The notes beneath the pieces were generated by a model that ran no database searches, was not told the origin of the DNA, and worked only from the letters and a program-made list of their open reading frames with translations. A DNA stretch of 63,772 nucleotides, the filler included, from Aduncisulcus paluster (taxonomy: Eukaryota): NCBI GenBank assembly GCA_024181965.1. It is 11 parts of 11 records of this genome, joined end to end, with 100 filler letters (N's around TTAATTAATTAA, not from the genome) between each part and the next. Parts side by side here need not be neighbours in the genome. Positions count along the whole stretch, not along the records: positions 11,711 to 22,757 come from BQXS01000053.1; 10 more parts are not named here. One strand, 5' to 3'. Position numbers and translations under genes: made by a program. Positions within the stretch are counted from its first letter, which is position 1. Each line of letters begins with the position of its first letter. This document shows, piece after piece, positions 11,713-22,857 of this stretch.

Positions 11713-12096
11713 ATCACAACCACATCCATGCCAGCCCCATCTTCATCCACTTCAATACGTTCATCGTCGTCTGGACAGTCTGGAAGTACGACAGCCAAGG
11801 AAGAGAAGAAGCAACACGCTCTAATGGATAGCATTTCAATGCTCATCACAGATCTGAAGGCCAAGGCCATTTCCGTTGGTGAGGCCATGCAAAGCGAAGG
11901 TGATATTTTCAAGGGCATGGAGGACGCTATTGACGACAACAAGACGAATGTATCTCTCCAAAGCGAGAAACTCAAGGTTGCTGGTCGTGCTGTGCGTTCT
12001 GTCGGGTTTAGCAAATGTTTCATTTTTTTCTTTGTGTTTATTGTTGTTCTTCTTGTAAACTTTGTCATCCATGTTACCAGCAAGGTAACATTTTGA
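11713..12096 (+). CDS. C-terminal part of a Q-SNARE (Qc-like) with tail anchor
   Basis: SNARE heptads (KQHALMDSISMLITDLKAKAISVGEAMQSEGDIFKGMEDAIDD) then a C-terminal hydrophobic helix; starts at the contig edge. Confidence 0.75.
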   Translation: MTTTSMPAPSSSTSIRSSSSGQSGSTTAKEEKKQHALMDSISMLITDLKAKAISVGEAMQSEGDIFKGMEDAIDDNKTNVSLQSEKLKVAGRAVRSVGFSKCFIFFFVFIVVLLVNFVIHVTSKVTF

Positions 12097-13059
12097 TTGG
12101 TGGATGATTGATTGTTCTTGATTCTACATGCGTATTATTCATACATCCTCACATACATGTATATATTATATATATTTAATATATATTGTATATTCATCCA
12201 TGTTTGTTTCTTGTGAATGTGTTGTGTTATATTTTGGTTATATCTCTCATATTCGTATCATCTCAAACTCATATGGATTTGTCTCGTATTACATGCAAAT
12301 ATGATATGGACAATATAATAACTAGAGAGACACTCGGAAAAATCAGCCCTTGTTATTTCTTCAGACCTTCCATCCAAATTTAAAGTCATTTTCCATCCCA
12401 ATTGAATTCTATTCCTGTTCCTGTCCCAACAACAACAACTTTGGTATGATTCACCCGGAATATCTCCTCGTTAATTGTGCTTCATAGATAATTGATTCTC
12501 AAATGATGAATATTAGCCCGTATATATTCCACAATTGTATCAATCACATTTCAAATTTCCCTTTCCATCTCTGTTCTATGGAAATCAGCACCCTCCAACA
12601 TCTAAATATGTTAGAAATGGAATGTTGACTATTGGTTTTGAATTCATTTTAATGCCCATGTTTTCATGAATAGTGCCCAATATGATTGATTTGGACAAAT
12701 GTCTGGATTGGGCTGCTGTGGCCAATTTAATAGCAAAAGTAATATTTTGAAATTATAACAAGTTTTTCAAATAAAAATGGTATTCTTTTTGGCTTTTAAA
12801 TCATGTTTTTTTCTCCAATTCGCAGGAATTGGCTTCTTGATACAATGCCGGAAATTTGAACAATGTGTCTTTTTATATTTTGGCTTTTTTCTCCTTTGTG
12901 ATTTAATTTGCCTGATAAATTGTGAGCTTATATTTGCTTATCATATCATATTGTAAATTCTGTCCTGATCTTGTCATTATTCGTGATTTTTACATTCCTG
13001 GATCAAAAAATATCATTCCCTCTCTCAATTTAACTTTTTATTGATTATTGTTATCATTT

Positions 13060-16000
13060 ATGGTTCGTAGAAGCACAAGACTTGTACTAGAAGAATCGAA
13101 AAGATTATTCAATGAATCCAAGCGAGAAGCTGAAGAAGATTCATATGATTCCGAATATTCTGCAATTGAATATTCCAGTTCATCGGAGGAATCCGAAAAT
13201 ATCACCAAAACCCCACCTTCTGAAAGTTCAAGTACTGAATGTGGTGTCATTGAAGATGACGATGGAGAATTATCTGAATCATCAATAATTGATTCCAATG
13301 AGGCGAATCAACTCCTAGCTACCTTAGATCCGGGGATAACTTCAAAATTGTCCAGCACTGCTTCTGACACCCTTGCTATATCTCAAATTATAAATGAAGG
13401 AGCTCTCGTTAACCCCCCCAAACATTCTAAAGGCGATCCAAAAAAAGATGGTTCTGAACCTCATTCTAAAAAACCAACTGAGACTGGAGAATCTTCTGAT
13501 TCTAGTTCCTATGAGTATGAATCGTATGAAGAAGAGAGTGAGGAATCTTCCTCAAGTGATGCCGTTGAAGATGGAGATGATGATGACTTTGTTCCTTCCC
13601 ATGGTGAAGAAGAACAAACCGAGGAGGAAGAAAGAAAACGTCTTGAAGAAGCTGATCGTATGGCTCAGGAAGCCTTGAAAGCTGCAAGAGAAGAAAAAGA
13701 AAAACAACGGCAAGAAGAAGAAAAACTTGAGCGTGAACGAAAAGCTCAAGCGAAACGTCTGGCTAGTCAACAAAGAAGTCTTAGCGGACCCAGTAAGAAA
13801 ACTCAATCTCGTTCTAAAGTTAGTGATTCGTCTAGTTCTTCATATTTTTCTGCTTTCCATGACATTGATGTTCCCTCATGCCCTTTTGAATCCATACGGA
13901 GGATCCTCTGGCATATGACTATTGTTCATGATTTCTCTACCTCTTTATTTNNNNNNNNNNNNNNNNNNNNAGCTGCAAGAGAAGAAAAAGAAAAACAACG
14001 GCAAGAAGAAGAAAAACTTGAGCGTGAACGAAAATCTCAAGCGAAACGTCTGGCTAGTCAACAAAGAAGTCTTAGCGGACCCAGTAAGAAAACTCAATCT
14101 CGTTCTAAAGTTAGTGATTCGTCTAGTTCTTCATATTTTTCTGCTTTCCATGACATTGATGTTCCCTCATGCCCTTTTGAATCCATACGGAGGATCCTCT
14201 GGCATATGACTATTGTTCATGATTTCTCTACCTCTTTATTTGCTCACAAACTCTCATTTTCTCATGATATGTTCAAATCCCTTCCTCAGGTCGATAGTAC
14301 TCTGTCAACAAGCTCTTCTGTAATTTCCAATGTTGATTGTTCTTCTTCTTCAAGTTCTGTTGCTTCCTCCTCGACTTCTCTGACCTTATCCTTGAATCGC
14401 CCTCATTTGCGGTCAAACTTCGTGTTTAGATCATTTTCCCAGCCTGGATGTGCCTTTGTTAGTTCCCTTATGCACCTCCATAAGCGTCCGATGATTGAAA
14501 TGGTAGGTATTCAAGGTGAAGATGAACGCAACTTTGGGAACAAGGGCTGGCATCCTCGCTTTGTCGATCCAGTGTTCATTGGTGAAGGTTTGTTCATTGA
14601 TGGAGTTAAGGCTGACCATCCTTTGGTTGTACGTGAAGAAGTCTATTCCCAAGAACTCGGAGATCCTTCTCGAATGAGTTTCAATGAGTTCAATGATGCT
14701 TTGCGTCCAAGACAACATGGGAAGAAAGATAGTGGGGAAAAAGACCTCTCTAAGGAATCTTTAGGGAATCTATTTGTGAGTTTGTTCGATGTGGAAAGTG
14801 AAAAGAAAAATTCCAAGATAAATTCACTCATTTGTAAGAATTATGCCACTTTTCGGGAGAAAGAATGCCACCCTGAACTCTACAGACAGCTGAAAGAGAA
14901 GAACAAGCTTATCTATGCCATCAATCAGGAGATAAAGAACCGAAAGAATCTCTTTGCCTCGAGATCCATAATGGGATGGTCAGAGCTTGCCAAGAATGAA
15001 TGCTTATCTCTGATGTTCATTGACCTAAACTCTACTTCTTCGTCTAAAGGTAAGAAAGACCAGAGTAAGAGGGCTAAATCCATGGCCAACGCTCTCACGA
15101 ACGATGAAATGTTCAGTGTTCTGCATCAAGGTGCTCTCAGTAAGGAGTATTTATGGATTCTTAGTGGGATTTGTATTCTAAGTTTCGCTTTTCGCTCTTC
15201 CTCATCTTCTTTAGATCGTGAAGAAGGTGCGGAAGAAGATAGTTCATGCGATGATATTGCTGATTTCTCTGTGTTTTCTATACCCAGTGCACCAAAGAGT
15301 CTTCTAAATACAAACAAGAAGAGCAGATCAAGTCTTCCTATGACTATTACTCTTGATCTGAGTGTTGACAAGAGTATTAAACCCTTAGACTTTAAAGAAT
15401 CCTCCTCTTGTGTCGAGTGGTCTGAGATATGTGCCACTTCTTGTGATATTACTGATGGTAATGATTCTGATTACACCATTTCTGTTGTTCAGCGAAGGAA
15501 AGAGAGTAAGTTATCAATCTATTCTGTTAAATTTAAGTATAAATCTTCCTATGACGATGTTATCCCATGTGATTACACGACCTATTTACCCTCTGAGAGT
15601 GCTGAATGCTTTGGGGATCTTCTTTCTATGCAGCTTCCATACAGTTATTATGAACACTCGTTCTCCTCAGTATCAAAACCACCAGGATCTTTCACAAAGG
15701 TTGGGCAAGCTTACCCAATCTGTGCAATGGAAATGCTGATGCAAATTCCATTCATGTCCAAGTGGAATTCGAGTAGAATGCTATGTCATATTGCAGCTCA
15801 AACTCTTAATTCTGAAGAGTATGATGAAATTGTCGATATGGCTTCTTGTTACAAACATAAACAGAAAAGGACCCCAGTTCGTAGGCAACCAAAGAAGAGA
15901 ACACAACAGACAACAACTCGTAATACTCAAAAATCGTCTTCAAAATCCAAAGATTCTTCTTCATCTTCAGGCTCCACCAGTTCTCCTGAGGAGAAGAACA

Positions 16001-16503
16001 AGAAATTGCCAACCTCGAAGAAACATTCCCAATCTTTAGAGAAGGAAGCAAAGAAGCTCTTGAAAGCCAGGAAAGAAGAGTTGTATGAACTTATCCAGGA
16101 TTCTCTTCACTTGGACGGGCAGTGTAAGATGTGCGGAGAGAAAAGTTTATCTCCACCATCGGCCTCTTCAGAAAGACAAAAGAAAACATCAAAGAAACGC
16201 TCAGGTTCATATAATTATGCTTATAATAATGGATTTCTGGAGTGTTCCTGTGGTAATCGGGTGCATCTTTTGTGTCATTTGAAGAGAACTAAGCCTGGAG
16301 ATGCTTCTATCATGGATGTGATGCAAACAAGCGACATAAAAGAGGTTGATCTTATTATGGGGTTCTTCAAGAAACTTGGCTCATTCAAATGTCCCAACTG
16401 TGAGAGAAAGAAGAAGGAAGAGGAAGATGATGGCGATGAATATGAGAGCGAGTACGAAGAATATGAATATGAAACCTCGGAACAAGAAGAGGAAGAAAAG
16501 TAA
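13060..16503 (+). CDS. Large acidic/Ser-rich protein with C-terminal PHD-like zinc finger
   Basis: CKMC...LECSCGNRVHLLC...FKCPNC (C4HC3 order with long inserts); 97 aa in the middle come from the gap and its duplicate. Confidence 0.7.
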   Translation: MVRRSTRLVLEESKRLFNESKREAEEDSYDSEYSAIEYSSSSEESENITKTPPSESSSTECGVIEDDDGELSESSIIDSNEANQLLATLDPGITSKLSSTASDTLAISQIINEGALVNPPKHSKGDPKKDGSEPHSKKPTETGESSDSSSYEYESYEEESEESSSSDAVEDGDDDDFVPSHGEEEQTEEEERKRLEEADRMAQEALKAAREEKEKQRQEEEKLERERKAQAKRLASQQRSLSGPSKKTQSRSKVSDSSSSSYFSAFHDIDVPSCPFESIRRILWHMTIVHDFSTSLFXXXXXXXAAREEKEKQRQEEEKLERERKSQAKRLASQQRSLSGPSKKTQSRSKVSDSSSSSYFSAFHDIDVPSCPFESIRRILWHMTIVHDFSTSLFAHKLSFSHDMFKSLPQVDSTLSTSSSVISNVDCSSSSSSVASSSTSLTLSLNRPHLRSNFVFRSFSQPGCAFVSSLMHLHKRPMIEMVGIQGEDERNFGNKGWHPRFVDPVFIGEGLFIDGVKADHPLVVREEVYSQELGDPSRMSFNEFNDALRPRQHGKKDSGEKDLSKESLGNLFVSLFDVESEKKNSKINSLICKNYATFREKECHPELYRQLKEKNKLIYAINQEIKNRKNLFASRSIMGWSELAKNECLSLMFIDLNSTSSSKGKKDQSKRAKSMANALTNDEMFSVLHQGALSKEYLWILSGICILSFAFRSSSSSLDREEGAEEDSSCDDIADFSVFSIPSAPKSLLNTNKKSRSSLPMTITLDLSVDKSIKPLDFKESSSCVEWSEICATSCDITDGNDSDYTISVVQRRKESKLSIYSVKFKYKSSYDDVIPCDYTTYLPSESAECFGDLLSMQLPYSYYEHSFSSVSKPPGSFTKVGQAYPICAMEMLMQIPFMSKWNSSRMLCHIAAQTLNSEEYDEIVDMASCYKHKQKRTPVRRQPKKRTQQTTTRNTQKSSSKSKDSSSSSGSTSSPEEKNKKLPTSKKHSQSLEKEAKKLLKARKEELYELIQDSLHLDGQCKMCGEKSLSPPSASSERQKKTSKKRSGSYNYAYNNGFLECSCGNRVHLLCHLKRTKPGDASIMDVMQTSDIKEVDLIMGFFKKLGSFKCPNCERKKKEEEDDGDEYESEYEEYEYETSEQEEEEK
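13680..14241. repeat. Gap-flanking duplication (13680-13950 = 13971-14241)
   Basis: Same sequence around a 20-N gap; one mismatch seen (G13744/T14035). Confidence 0.9.
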
Positions 16504-17087
16504 TGAAGGGAAATTGTTATTATTATCTCTTGTGTATCTGACATGACTGATGATGAAGGAATTGTTAGGTTGGAAACTTCAAGTTGTGTTATTTGTCGCT
16601 GCAAAATGGGATAATATGCTTTTACATGGGATAATAAAAAATAATGGGAAGAAAAAATATGTTTATGTATAAATAAAAAGATTTAATCCCTGTCAATCGT
16701 TCGGTATTTTATGAGTTTTCTATGTCATGCCAATTTGCAATGTATAGAATTGAATTATNNNNNNNNNNNNNNNNNNNNGAGTACGAAGAATATGAATATG
16801 AAACCTCGGAACAAGAAGAGGAAGAAAAGTAATGAAGGGAAATTGTTATTATTATCTCTTGTGTATCTGACATGACTGATGATGAAGGAATTGTTAGGTT
16901 GGAAACTTCAAGTTGTGTTATTTGTCGCTGCAAAATGGGATAATATGCTTTTACATGGGATAATAAAAAATAATGGGAAGAAAAAATATGTTTATGTATA
17001 AATAAAAAGATTTAATCCCTGTCAATCGTTCGGTATTTTATGAGTTTTCTATGTCATGCCAATTTGCAATGTATAGAATTGAATTAT
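16450..17087. repeat. Gap-flanking duplication (16450-16758 = 16779-17087)
   Basis: Same sequence around a 20-N gap. Confidence 0.9.
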
Positions 17088-17253
17088 CCAAATATTATTT
17101 TTATTATCTATATTTTAAATAAATTTACACCCCATATCTGTTGCAATTCAACAATACAAGCAAAAGAAAAAGGTGGAAATTGAGGGTGGTATTTGTTCAA
17201 GTCATATTTTCAGTTTGATATTAATATTTTAATAATCATTGTTTAATTCAATA

Positions 17254-20200
17254 ATGAGAACTAAAAAAGGTGAGTCGATGAGTTCTGAACAAATGACTCC
17301 AACTCGTTCTCCCGCTGTTATTTCGGACGATTTAGAAAATGATAAACCTGTTATTAACGCTTCCAATGAAAATCAAGATTCTTTACGGAAACTTGAAACA
17401 AATTCAAACTTCTTTGGCCGGTACTCCTTCTCTTTTCTCACTCCTCTTCTTAAAAAGGCCAAAAAAGACGATTTTATTTCTTTAGATGATCTTCCAGACG
17501 TGTGCAATTATTATGAAGCTGGGTATAATGGTGAAAAAGCTGATAATATTGTTCTTCAAGAAAAGCAAAAGATGATAGAAAAAGATGATGGTCGTGAGAT
17601 TCCATCCCTCTTCAAATGCATGCTTAAATTATCCAAAGGTCGAATTATTGGATCCCTTATCTTTTTTATCTTTTTTGTTGTTCTTTCCTTTGTTCCCGCA
17701 ATCCTTCTCCAATATATTCTTGCCTTCATCGATGATATCGCTTCTGATAGTCCCCAAAAGCCCTTATGGCATGGATTTATTTATGCTGGTATCTACTTCC
17801 TTAATTCTATCCTGTTTACTTTCTGCCAAGGTGCCATGGGCTATCTTCTCGCTGGATTTAGTCAACAAGTATCTGCCGGACTTTCTGAAATGATATATAG
17901 AAAACTACTCCGGATTAATGAATCCTCAAAATCGTTGGTCTCAGCTGGTAAAACTATTCAAATCCTTGTCGGTGATACTAACAACGTATCCACTATTCTT
18001 CGTGGTCTTAACGCAACACTTGGAGTTATTCCTATTCTTGTTGTGGGTTTAACTCTACTTGTTATTGAGGTTGGTTGGCCCAGTTTGGTTGGTGTTGGTG
18101 TTTTCCTGTTTGTTATTCCTTTCCAGGGTATTGCAAGTGGTAAGTATCGCAATGCTATGTTTGGTGCATTGAAAGCGAGTGATTCTCGTGTCAGACAGAC
18201 GAATGAAATTATAACAGGAATGAAGACTGTAAAAATGAATGCCTATGAGGGTGTTATGTGGCGTCGTATTGCCAAGTCCCGTCAAAAAGAGATCTCTAAT
18301 CTTCGAACATTGGCTTATATTCGTGCCTTCTTGACCTTTTTCTTCAACGGTACCCAGCTCATCATGCTCTTCTTCACATTGCTCATGATCAATCTTATCG
18401 GGGAAGAATTGACTCCAACTCTTGCTTATCAGACTATTGCCTTCTTTGGCGCAATTAGAGATCCTCTTATTCAGCTTCCATGGCTCACCGTTAACTACCA
18501 GACCTTCAAAGTAAGTGCAAGCAGGATTATGGCATTCCTCATGCTTCCTGAAAGGGAAAAGAGGGCCCATGTTCCTCAAACTGACGCTGTCGAGACTGTT
18601 GCTGACAAACCTCATAGAGAGTGGGCACTGAAAGTTGATGGTCCCGTTAGTTTCCATCGTAGTGTCACACTCTCACACGAGTTGGCTGTGTTATTGTACT
18701 CACAACAGAGCAAGCTAAATCGCAAGCAGAAGAGAGAGATGAAGAAGAAATTCAAGGCACAGTGGACTACCGCTATGGAGGGAAAGTCGAAGGCCGAGGT
18801 TGTTCCTTTCGCTCTGTGGTACAAATCCACTCTCGAGAATGCAACCATCGATAAGAGTCCCTATGGAAAGATGAAGAGAGAGGAAGAGAAACGTCTCAGT
18901 GACAGAAAAGCTGCTGTTTCTGATGCTGGTGATGAGCCTGTTCCTGATGTGAGAAGCGATCTTTTCGGGTGTGTTCTACATGATATTGATTTGACACTAT
19001 ACCGTGGATCGTTGACTGGAATTGTTGGAAAAGTTGGATGTGGAAAGAGTAGTATCCTGCTTGCCTTGATGGGAGAATTAAACGCTGTCCATCATCACCA
19101 AGAAACCCATGTATCTCCTGTCCTTGTGTCTGGCTCTGTGTGTTACTGTGCCCAGACTCCATTTATTCTGAATGCCACTTTGAGAGATAATATTCTCTTC
19201 GGGAAAGAGTATGACAAGAAACGGTACAATCAAGTTATCAAGAAGTGTTGTTTATTGCCTGATATCAAGCAACTTAAGCATGGTGACATGACAGAGATTG
19301 GAGAAAGGGGATTCACATTGAGCGGTGGTCAGAAAGCTCGTGTGTCTCTTGCGAGAGCTGTATATAGCGACTCTGAGATATATCTTCTTGATGACCCGCT
19401 GAGTGCTGTGGATGCATATGTAGGAAAGAAGTTAGTGAGGGATGTGATATGTGGTTTGTTGAAGGATAAGACTGTTATTCTTGTAACTCATCAGGTGCAA
19501 TTTATCTCCAAATGTGATCATATCCTTGCTATGAAAGATGGTAGAATAGTTGCTAATGGGACACTATCCGAGATATCTGCACAAGGAATTGACCTCGAAG
19601 GAGCTATTGATGTCTTGAGTGAGGAAGACGGATTGAGAGGAGAAGAGGAGGAAGAAGAAGAGGAAGAGGAAAAAGACGATGAAAAGGAAAGAGGGGCTGA
19701 TAAGTCAAGAGGAGAAGAGGAAGAAGAGGAGATTATTGCAACTAAACAGGGTCCAGATGCATCCAGTACTCAAAAGAGGAAGGAGAAGAAGAAGCCAGTT
19801 CCAAGCAGTAATCTTATTAAAGCTGAAATACACAAGAAAGGAGCTGTTAAGTTTGCTGTATTTAAGTTTTTCTTCCAGTCTGTTGGTTCTGGGACTTTAT
19901 TCTTCATGGGTCTTTTCTTTGTCATTCAGACGGTGCTTGAACGTCTTGTGGATGTCTGGATTGCACAGTGGAGTGCTGGTAAGCTCACTGTCTTTGGAAT
20001 TACTTTCAATCCTTTGCTTGTCTATGGTGTATTGGCTGCTTTGGCCATGGGTTCCAGCTACGGGGCTTCCATTCTACTCCAGTTGATGTGTAACAAGGCC
20101 TCTGAGATCATCCTTATGCGTATGACAAGCAATGTTCTTAAAGCACCAATGCACTTCTTTGAGACGACCACTGTGGGACAAATCACAAATAGGTTTACAA

Positions 20201-22002
20201 AGGATATTGGCGGAATGGATATGTTGATGCCAAGTGCTCTAGGAGCTCTTGTGCTGTGTGCTTCTGGAATCATTGGTATTGTTATCTTGCAGTGCATTGC
20301 TGTACCTCCCCTTGTTCTCGTCTACGTATGCATATTCATCTTCTATTTTGTCCTCCTCAATCTCTACAGACCTGGAGTCAGAGAGATGAAGCGTTGTGAG
20401 GCCATAAGCAAGAGTCCAATGCTCTCCAAACTCACAGAAAGTATTGATGGATTGCTGACTATCAGAGCCTATGGTCATGGGAATAGGTTTGAAAAAGAGA
20501 ATGTAAAGTTAATCAATGCCAATACAAGAGCAGCATGGCCTAATCGGATTGCTGCAAATTGGGTGAGTTTTAGACTTGGAATCATTGCGTCCTTCTTGCA
20601 ACTCTTCCTTGTGGCATTTGTTGTTATTCTGTCATATTACAATATTATGGTCACATTTGTGGGAATGGCACTTTCATATTCATTTAATTTTGTTGGGTTG
20701 ATGGCTTATTTCCTGCAGAATGTTGCCAAATTGGAGGCCGAAGGAGCTGGGTTGGAGAGAATAAGAGAATATGTGATGGAATGTGATAGAGAAAGTGTTA
20801 TGGTGTATCGTGAAAGCACTCATGGAAGAGATGACCTCATACAAGACCATTCTACGAAGAATGTTGTGAAAGATGTGTCTTTACATGTCAAAGAGGATGC
20901 TCAACGAGAGATTGAATTGACTGGATCCTCTGACTCCGAGGGAGTTTTTGGAGAAGGTAAGGATGGAAAGAAAGGCGTTATTTCCACCGAGATGGTTGTT
21001 CCTGATCTGGAAGAAGTCGGGCATTATGGTGAGTCCACTGAGAAAAGAGGCAGAGATATCGTGTCTGTCATCCGTGAGGAAACATTCATTCAGAGGTACA
21101 CTTCATGCATTCCATCTCCTTCTTCTCACTGGCCTATTTCTGGAGAGATGGTTGTGTCTAACCTTCACATGAGATATCGTCCCAAACTACCTTTGGTTCT
21201 CAATGGAGTCTCTTTCCACCTTAAACCTGGTGAGAAACTTGGTATCTGTGGTCGGACAGGAAGTGGGAAAAGTTCTTTGATTTCTTGTCTGCTTCGGATT
21301 GTTGAGCCCGAGGTGGGTTCAGTGACCATTGATGGGATCGATTTGAGTAGACTATCCCTTCATGATGCCCGTTCATCAATGTCTGTTATTCCTCAGGAAG
21401 GATTTCTATTTTCGGGTACATTGCGCGAAAACCTCCATCCCATCTCTCCTGGTGCCAGTGATGATGGGGGTCATAAAATATCCGTGGATCCTTCCCTCTA
21501 TTGTAAGAGAGTCATGGATAAACCCACACCATCCGATGCCCAATTATGGTCTGTTCTTGAGAAAGTTTGTCTTAAAGACTTTGTTGAAGCCGATGAAGAC
21601 AAGTTGGACATGAAGATTGCTGATAATGGGTCTAATTTGAGTCAAGGACAGCGCCAACTTGTGTGTTTGGCCCGTTCTTTGCTTGCCAATGCCAAAGTCC
21701 TGTTACTTGATGAAGCCACTGCTTCCCTCGACAATGAGAGTGATACTGCCATCCAGAAGGTACTGAGAGAAGAGTTTGCACACTGTACTTTGCTCACGGT
21801 TGCTCATCGTTTGCATACTGTCATTGACTACGATAGAGTGATGGTGCTTGGTGATGGCAGAGTGCTTGAAATAGGAATTCCTCATGAGTTGCTGGAGAGT
21901 GATGAAAGTGAGTTTGCTTTCCTGGTGAAAGAAACTGGGAAAGAGAATGAAGAGTTCTTGAGAAAGAAAGCAAAAGAAGTGTTTGATGCATCTTCAAAAT
22001 GA
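17254..22002 (+). CDS. ABC transporter subfamily C (MRP-like, TMD-NBD-TMD-NBD)
   Basis: Walker A GKVGCGKS and GRTGSGKS; signatures LSGGQ and LSQGQRQL; Walker B LLDDPLSAVD and LLDEATASLD; two TM domains. Confidence 0.95.
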   Translation: MRTKKGESMSSEQMTPTRSPAVISDDLENDKPVINASNENQDSLRKLETNSNFFGRYSFSFLTPLLKKAKKDDFISLDDLPDVCNYYEAGYNGEKADNIVLQEKQKMIEKDDGREIPSLFKCMLKLSKGRIIGSLIFFIFFVVLSFVPAILLQYILAFIDDIASDSPQKPLWHGFIYAGIYFLNSILFTFCQGAMGYLLAGFSQQVSAGLSEMIYRKLLRINESSKSLVSAGKTIQILVGDTNNVSTILRGLNATLGVIPILVVGLTLLVIEVGWPSLVGVGVFLFVIPFQGIASGKYRNAMFGALKASDSRVRQTNEIITGMKTVKMNAYEGVMWRRIAKSRQKEISNLRTLAYIRAFLTFFFNGTQLIMLFFTLLMINLIGEELTPTLAYQTIAFFGAIRDPLIQLPWLTVNYQTFKVSASRIMAFLMLPEREKRAHVPQTDAVETVADKPHREWALKVDGPVSFHRSVTLSHELAVLLYSQQSKLNRKQKREMKKKFKAQWTTAMEGKSKAEVVPFALWYKSTLENATIDKSPYGKMKREEEKRLSDRKAAVSDAGDEPVPDVRSDLFGCVLHDIDLTLYRGSLTGIVGKVGCGKSSILLALMGELNAVHHHQETHVSPVLVSGSVCYCAQTPFILNATLRDNILFGKEYDKKRYNQVIKKCCLLPDIKQLKHGDMTEIGERGFTLSGGQKARVSLARAVYSDSEIYLLDDPLSAVDAYVGKKLVRDVICGLLKDKTVILVTHQVQFISKCDHILAMKDGRIVANGTLSEISAQGIDLEGAIDVLSEEDGLRGEEEEEEEEEEKDDEKERGADKSRGEEEEEEIIATKQGPDASSTQKRKEKKKPVPSSNLIKAEIHKKGAVKFAVFKFFFQSVGSGTLFFMGLFFVIQTVLERLVDVWIAQWSAGKLTVFGITFNPLLVYGVLAALAMGSSYGASILLQLMCNKASEIILMRMTSNVLKAPMHFFETTTVGQITNRFTKDIGGMDMLMPSALGALVLCASGIIGIVILQCIAVPPLVLVYVCIFIFYFVLLNLYRPGVREMKRCEAISKSPMLSKLTESIDGLLTIRAYGHGNRFEKENVKLINANTRAAWPNRIAANWVSFRLGIIASFLQLFLVAFVVILSYYNIMVTFVGMALSYSFNFVGLMAYFLQNVAKLEAEGAGLERIREYVMECDRESVMVYRESTHGRDDLIQDHSTKNVVKDVSLHVKEDAQREIELTGSSDSEGVFGEGKDGKKGVISTEMVVPDLEEVGHYGESTEKRGRDIVSVIREETFIQRYTSCIPSPSSHWPISGEMVVSNLHMRYRPKLPLVLNGVSFHLKPGEKLGICGRTGSGKSSLISCLLRIVEPEVGSVTIDGIDLSRLSLHDARSSMSVIPQEGFLFSGTLRENLHPISPGASDDGGHKISVDPSLYCKRVMDKPTPSDAQLWSVLEKVCLKDFVEADEDKLDMKIADNGSNLSQGQRQLVCLARSLLANAKVLLLDEATASLDNESDTAIQKVLREEFAHCTLLTVAHRLHTVIDYDRVMVLGDGRVLEIGIPHELLESDESEFAFLVKETGKENEEFLRKKAKEVFDASSK

Positions 22003-22464
22003 TTATTTTTCTCATACGCTGGAAATTTCAGCCTCAGGCTGAACTGGAATGATATCACTTATTTTCTTTCGAAATTCATACATGTTATAATATCTTTGTA
22101 TTATTTTTGTTAAAAGATGGATTTTTGTATTCGTAATTATTGCCATCCTTATATTTATTGTTTTTTTTCGTTTCCGTCTTTCTTGGGTTCTTTGAGATAT
22201 CTAGTATGTTTATAATAAGAATGAATAAATGCATATTTGTTGTAGTTTAGGCATTTTTGTTTATGAATTTCTACTAATCGTACAGGAAACTTGGAGACGT
22301 TTATTTCTCTGAGACTATACGTTTTCCAGCAACTATTTTGGCCTAAAATTCAAATATTTTTGGTTTTAATTTAGTTCCTAATTTCAAATAGTTAATATTT
22401 TAATTTTTTATCCACTTAGAAAGCTTTTGAATATTTCTGAAGGAAATTTTAAGACAAAATATAT

Positions 22465-22757
22465 ATGGACAAAGAAGTAATATGTCCAATTTGTAAAATT
22501 GGCTGTTCTGATCGAGTTTTACCTTGTGGGGACTGCATTTGTCTCAATTGTTTAAAATCTTTAGTAACTGGGTCATCCCTTCCTACATATGGATGTCCTA
22601 TATGTTCTCTACGTTTCAAAGTTCCTATTGATGGAATTGCTCAATTTCCATGTGTTGTAGCGATAAGAAAAGTGTATAATGCTCTTCAAGAACAAATACG
22701 TCAATCTGAACTGAAAGCCTTCTCAACCAGTACTCAAAAGAGGAAGGAGAAGAAGAA
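22465..22757 (+). CDS. N-terminal RING-finger protein (TRIM-like start), truncated
   Basis: CPIC..LPCGDCICLNC...CPIC; the last 31 nt appear chimeric. Confidence 0.7.
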
Positions 22758-22857
22758 NNNNNNNNNNNNNNNNNNNNNNNNNNNNNNNNNNNNNNNNNNN
22801 NTTAATTAATTAANNNNNNNNNNNNNNNNNNNNNNNNNNNNNNNNNNNNNNNNNNNN

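Noticed and set aside
12387-12460. Minus-strand KVVVVGTGTG resembling a Rossmann motif
   Set aside because: Frame closes within a few codons with no supporting exon structure
22027-22043. Palindrome TTCAGCCT-C-AGGCTGAA after the ABCC stop as a terminator
   Set aside because: Eukaryotic locus, no U-tract, single short inverted repeat that could be chance
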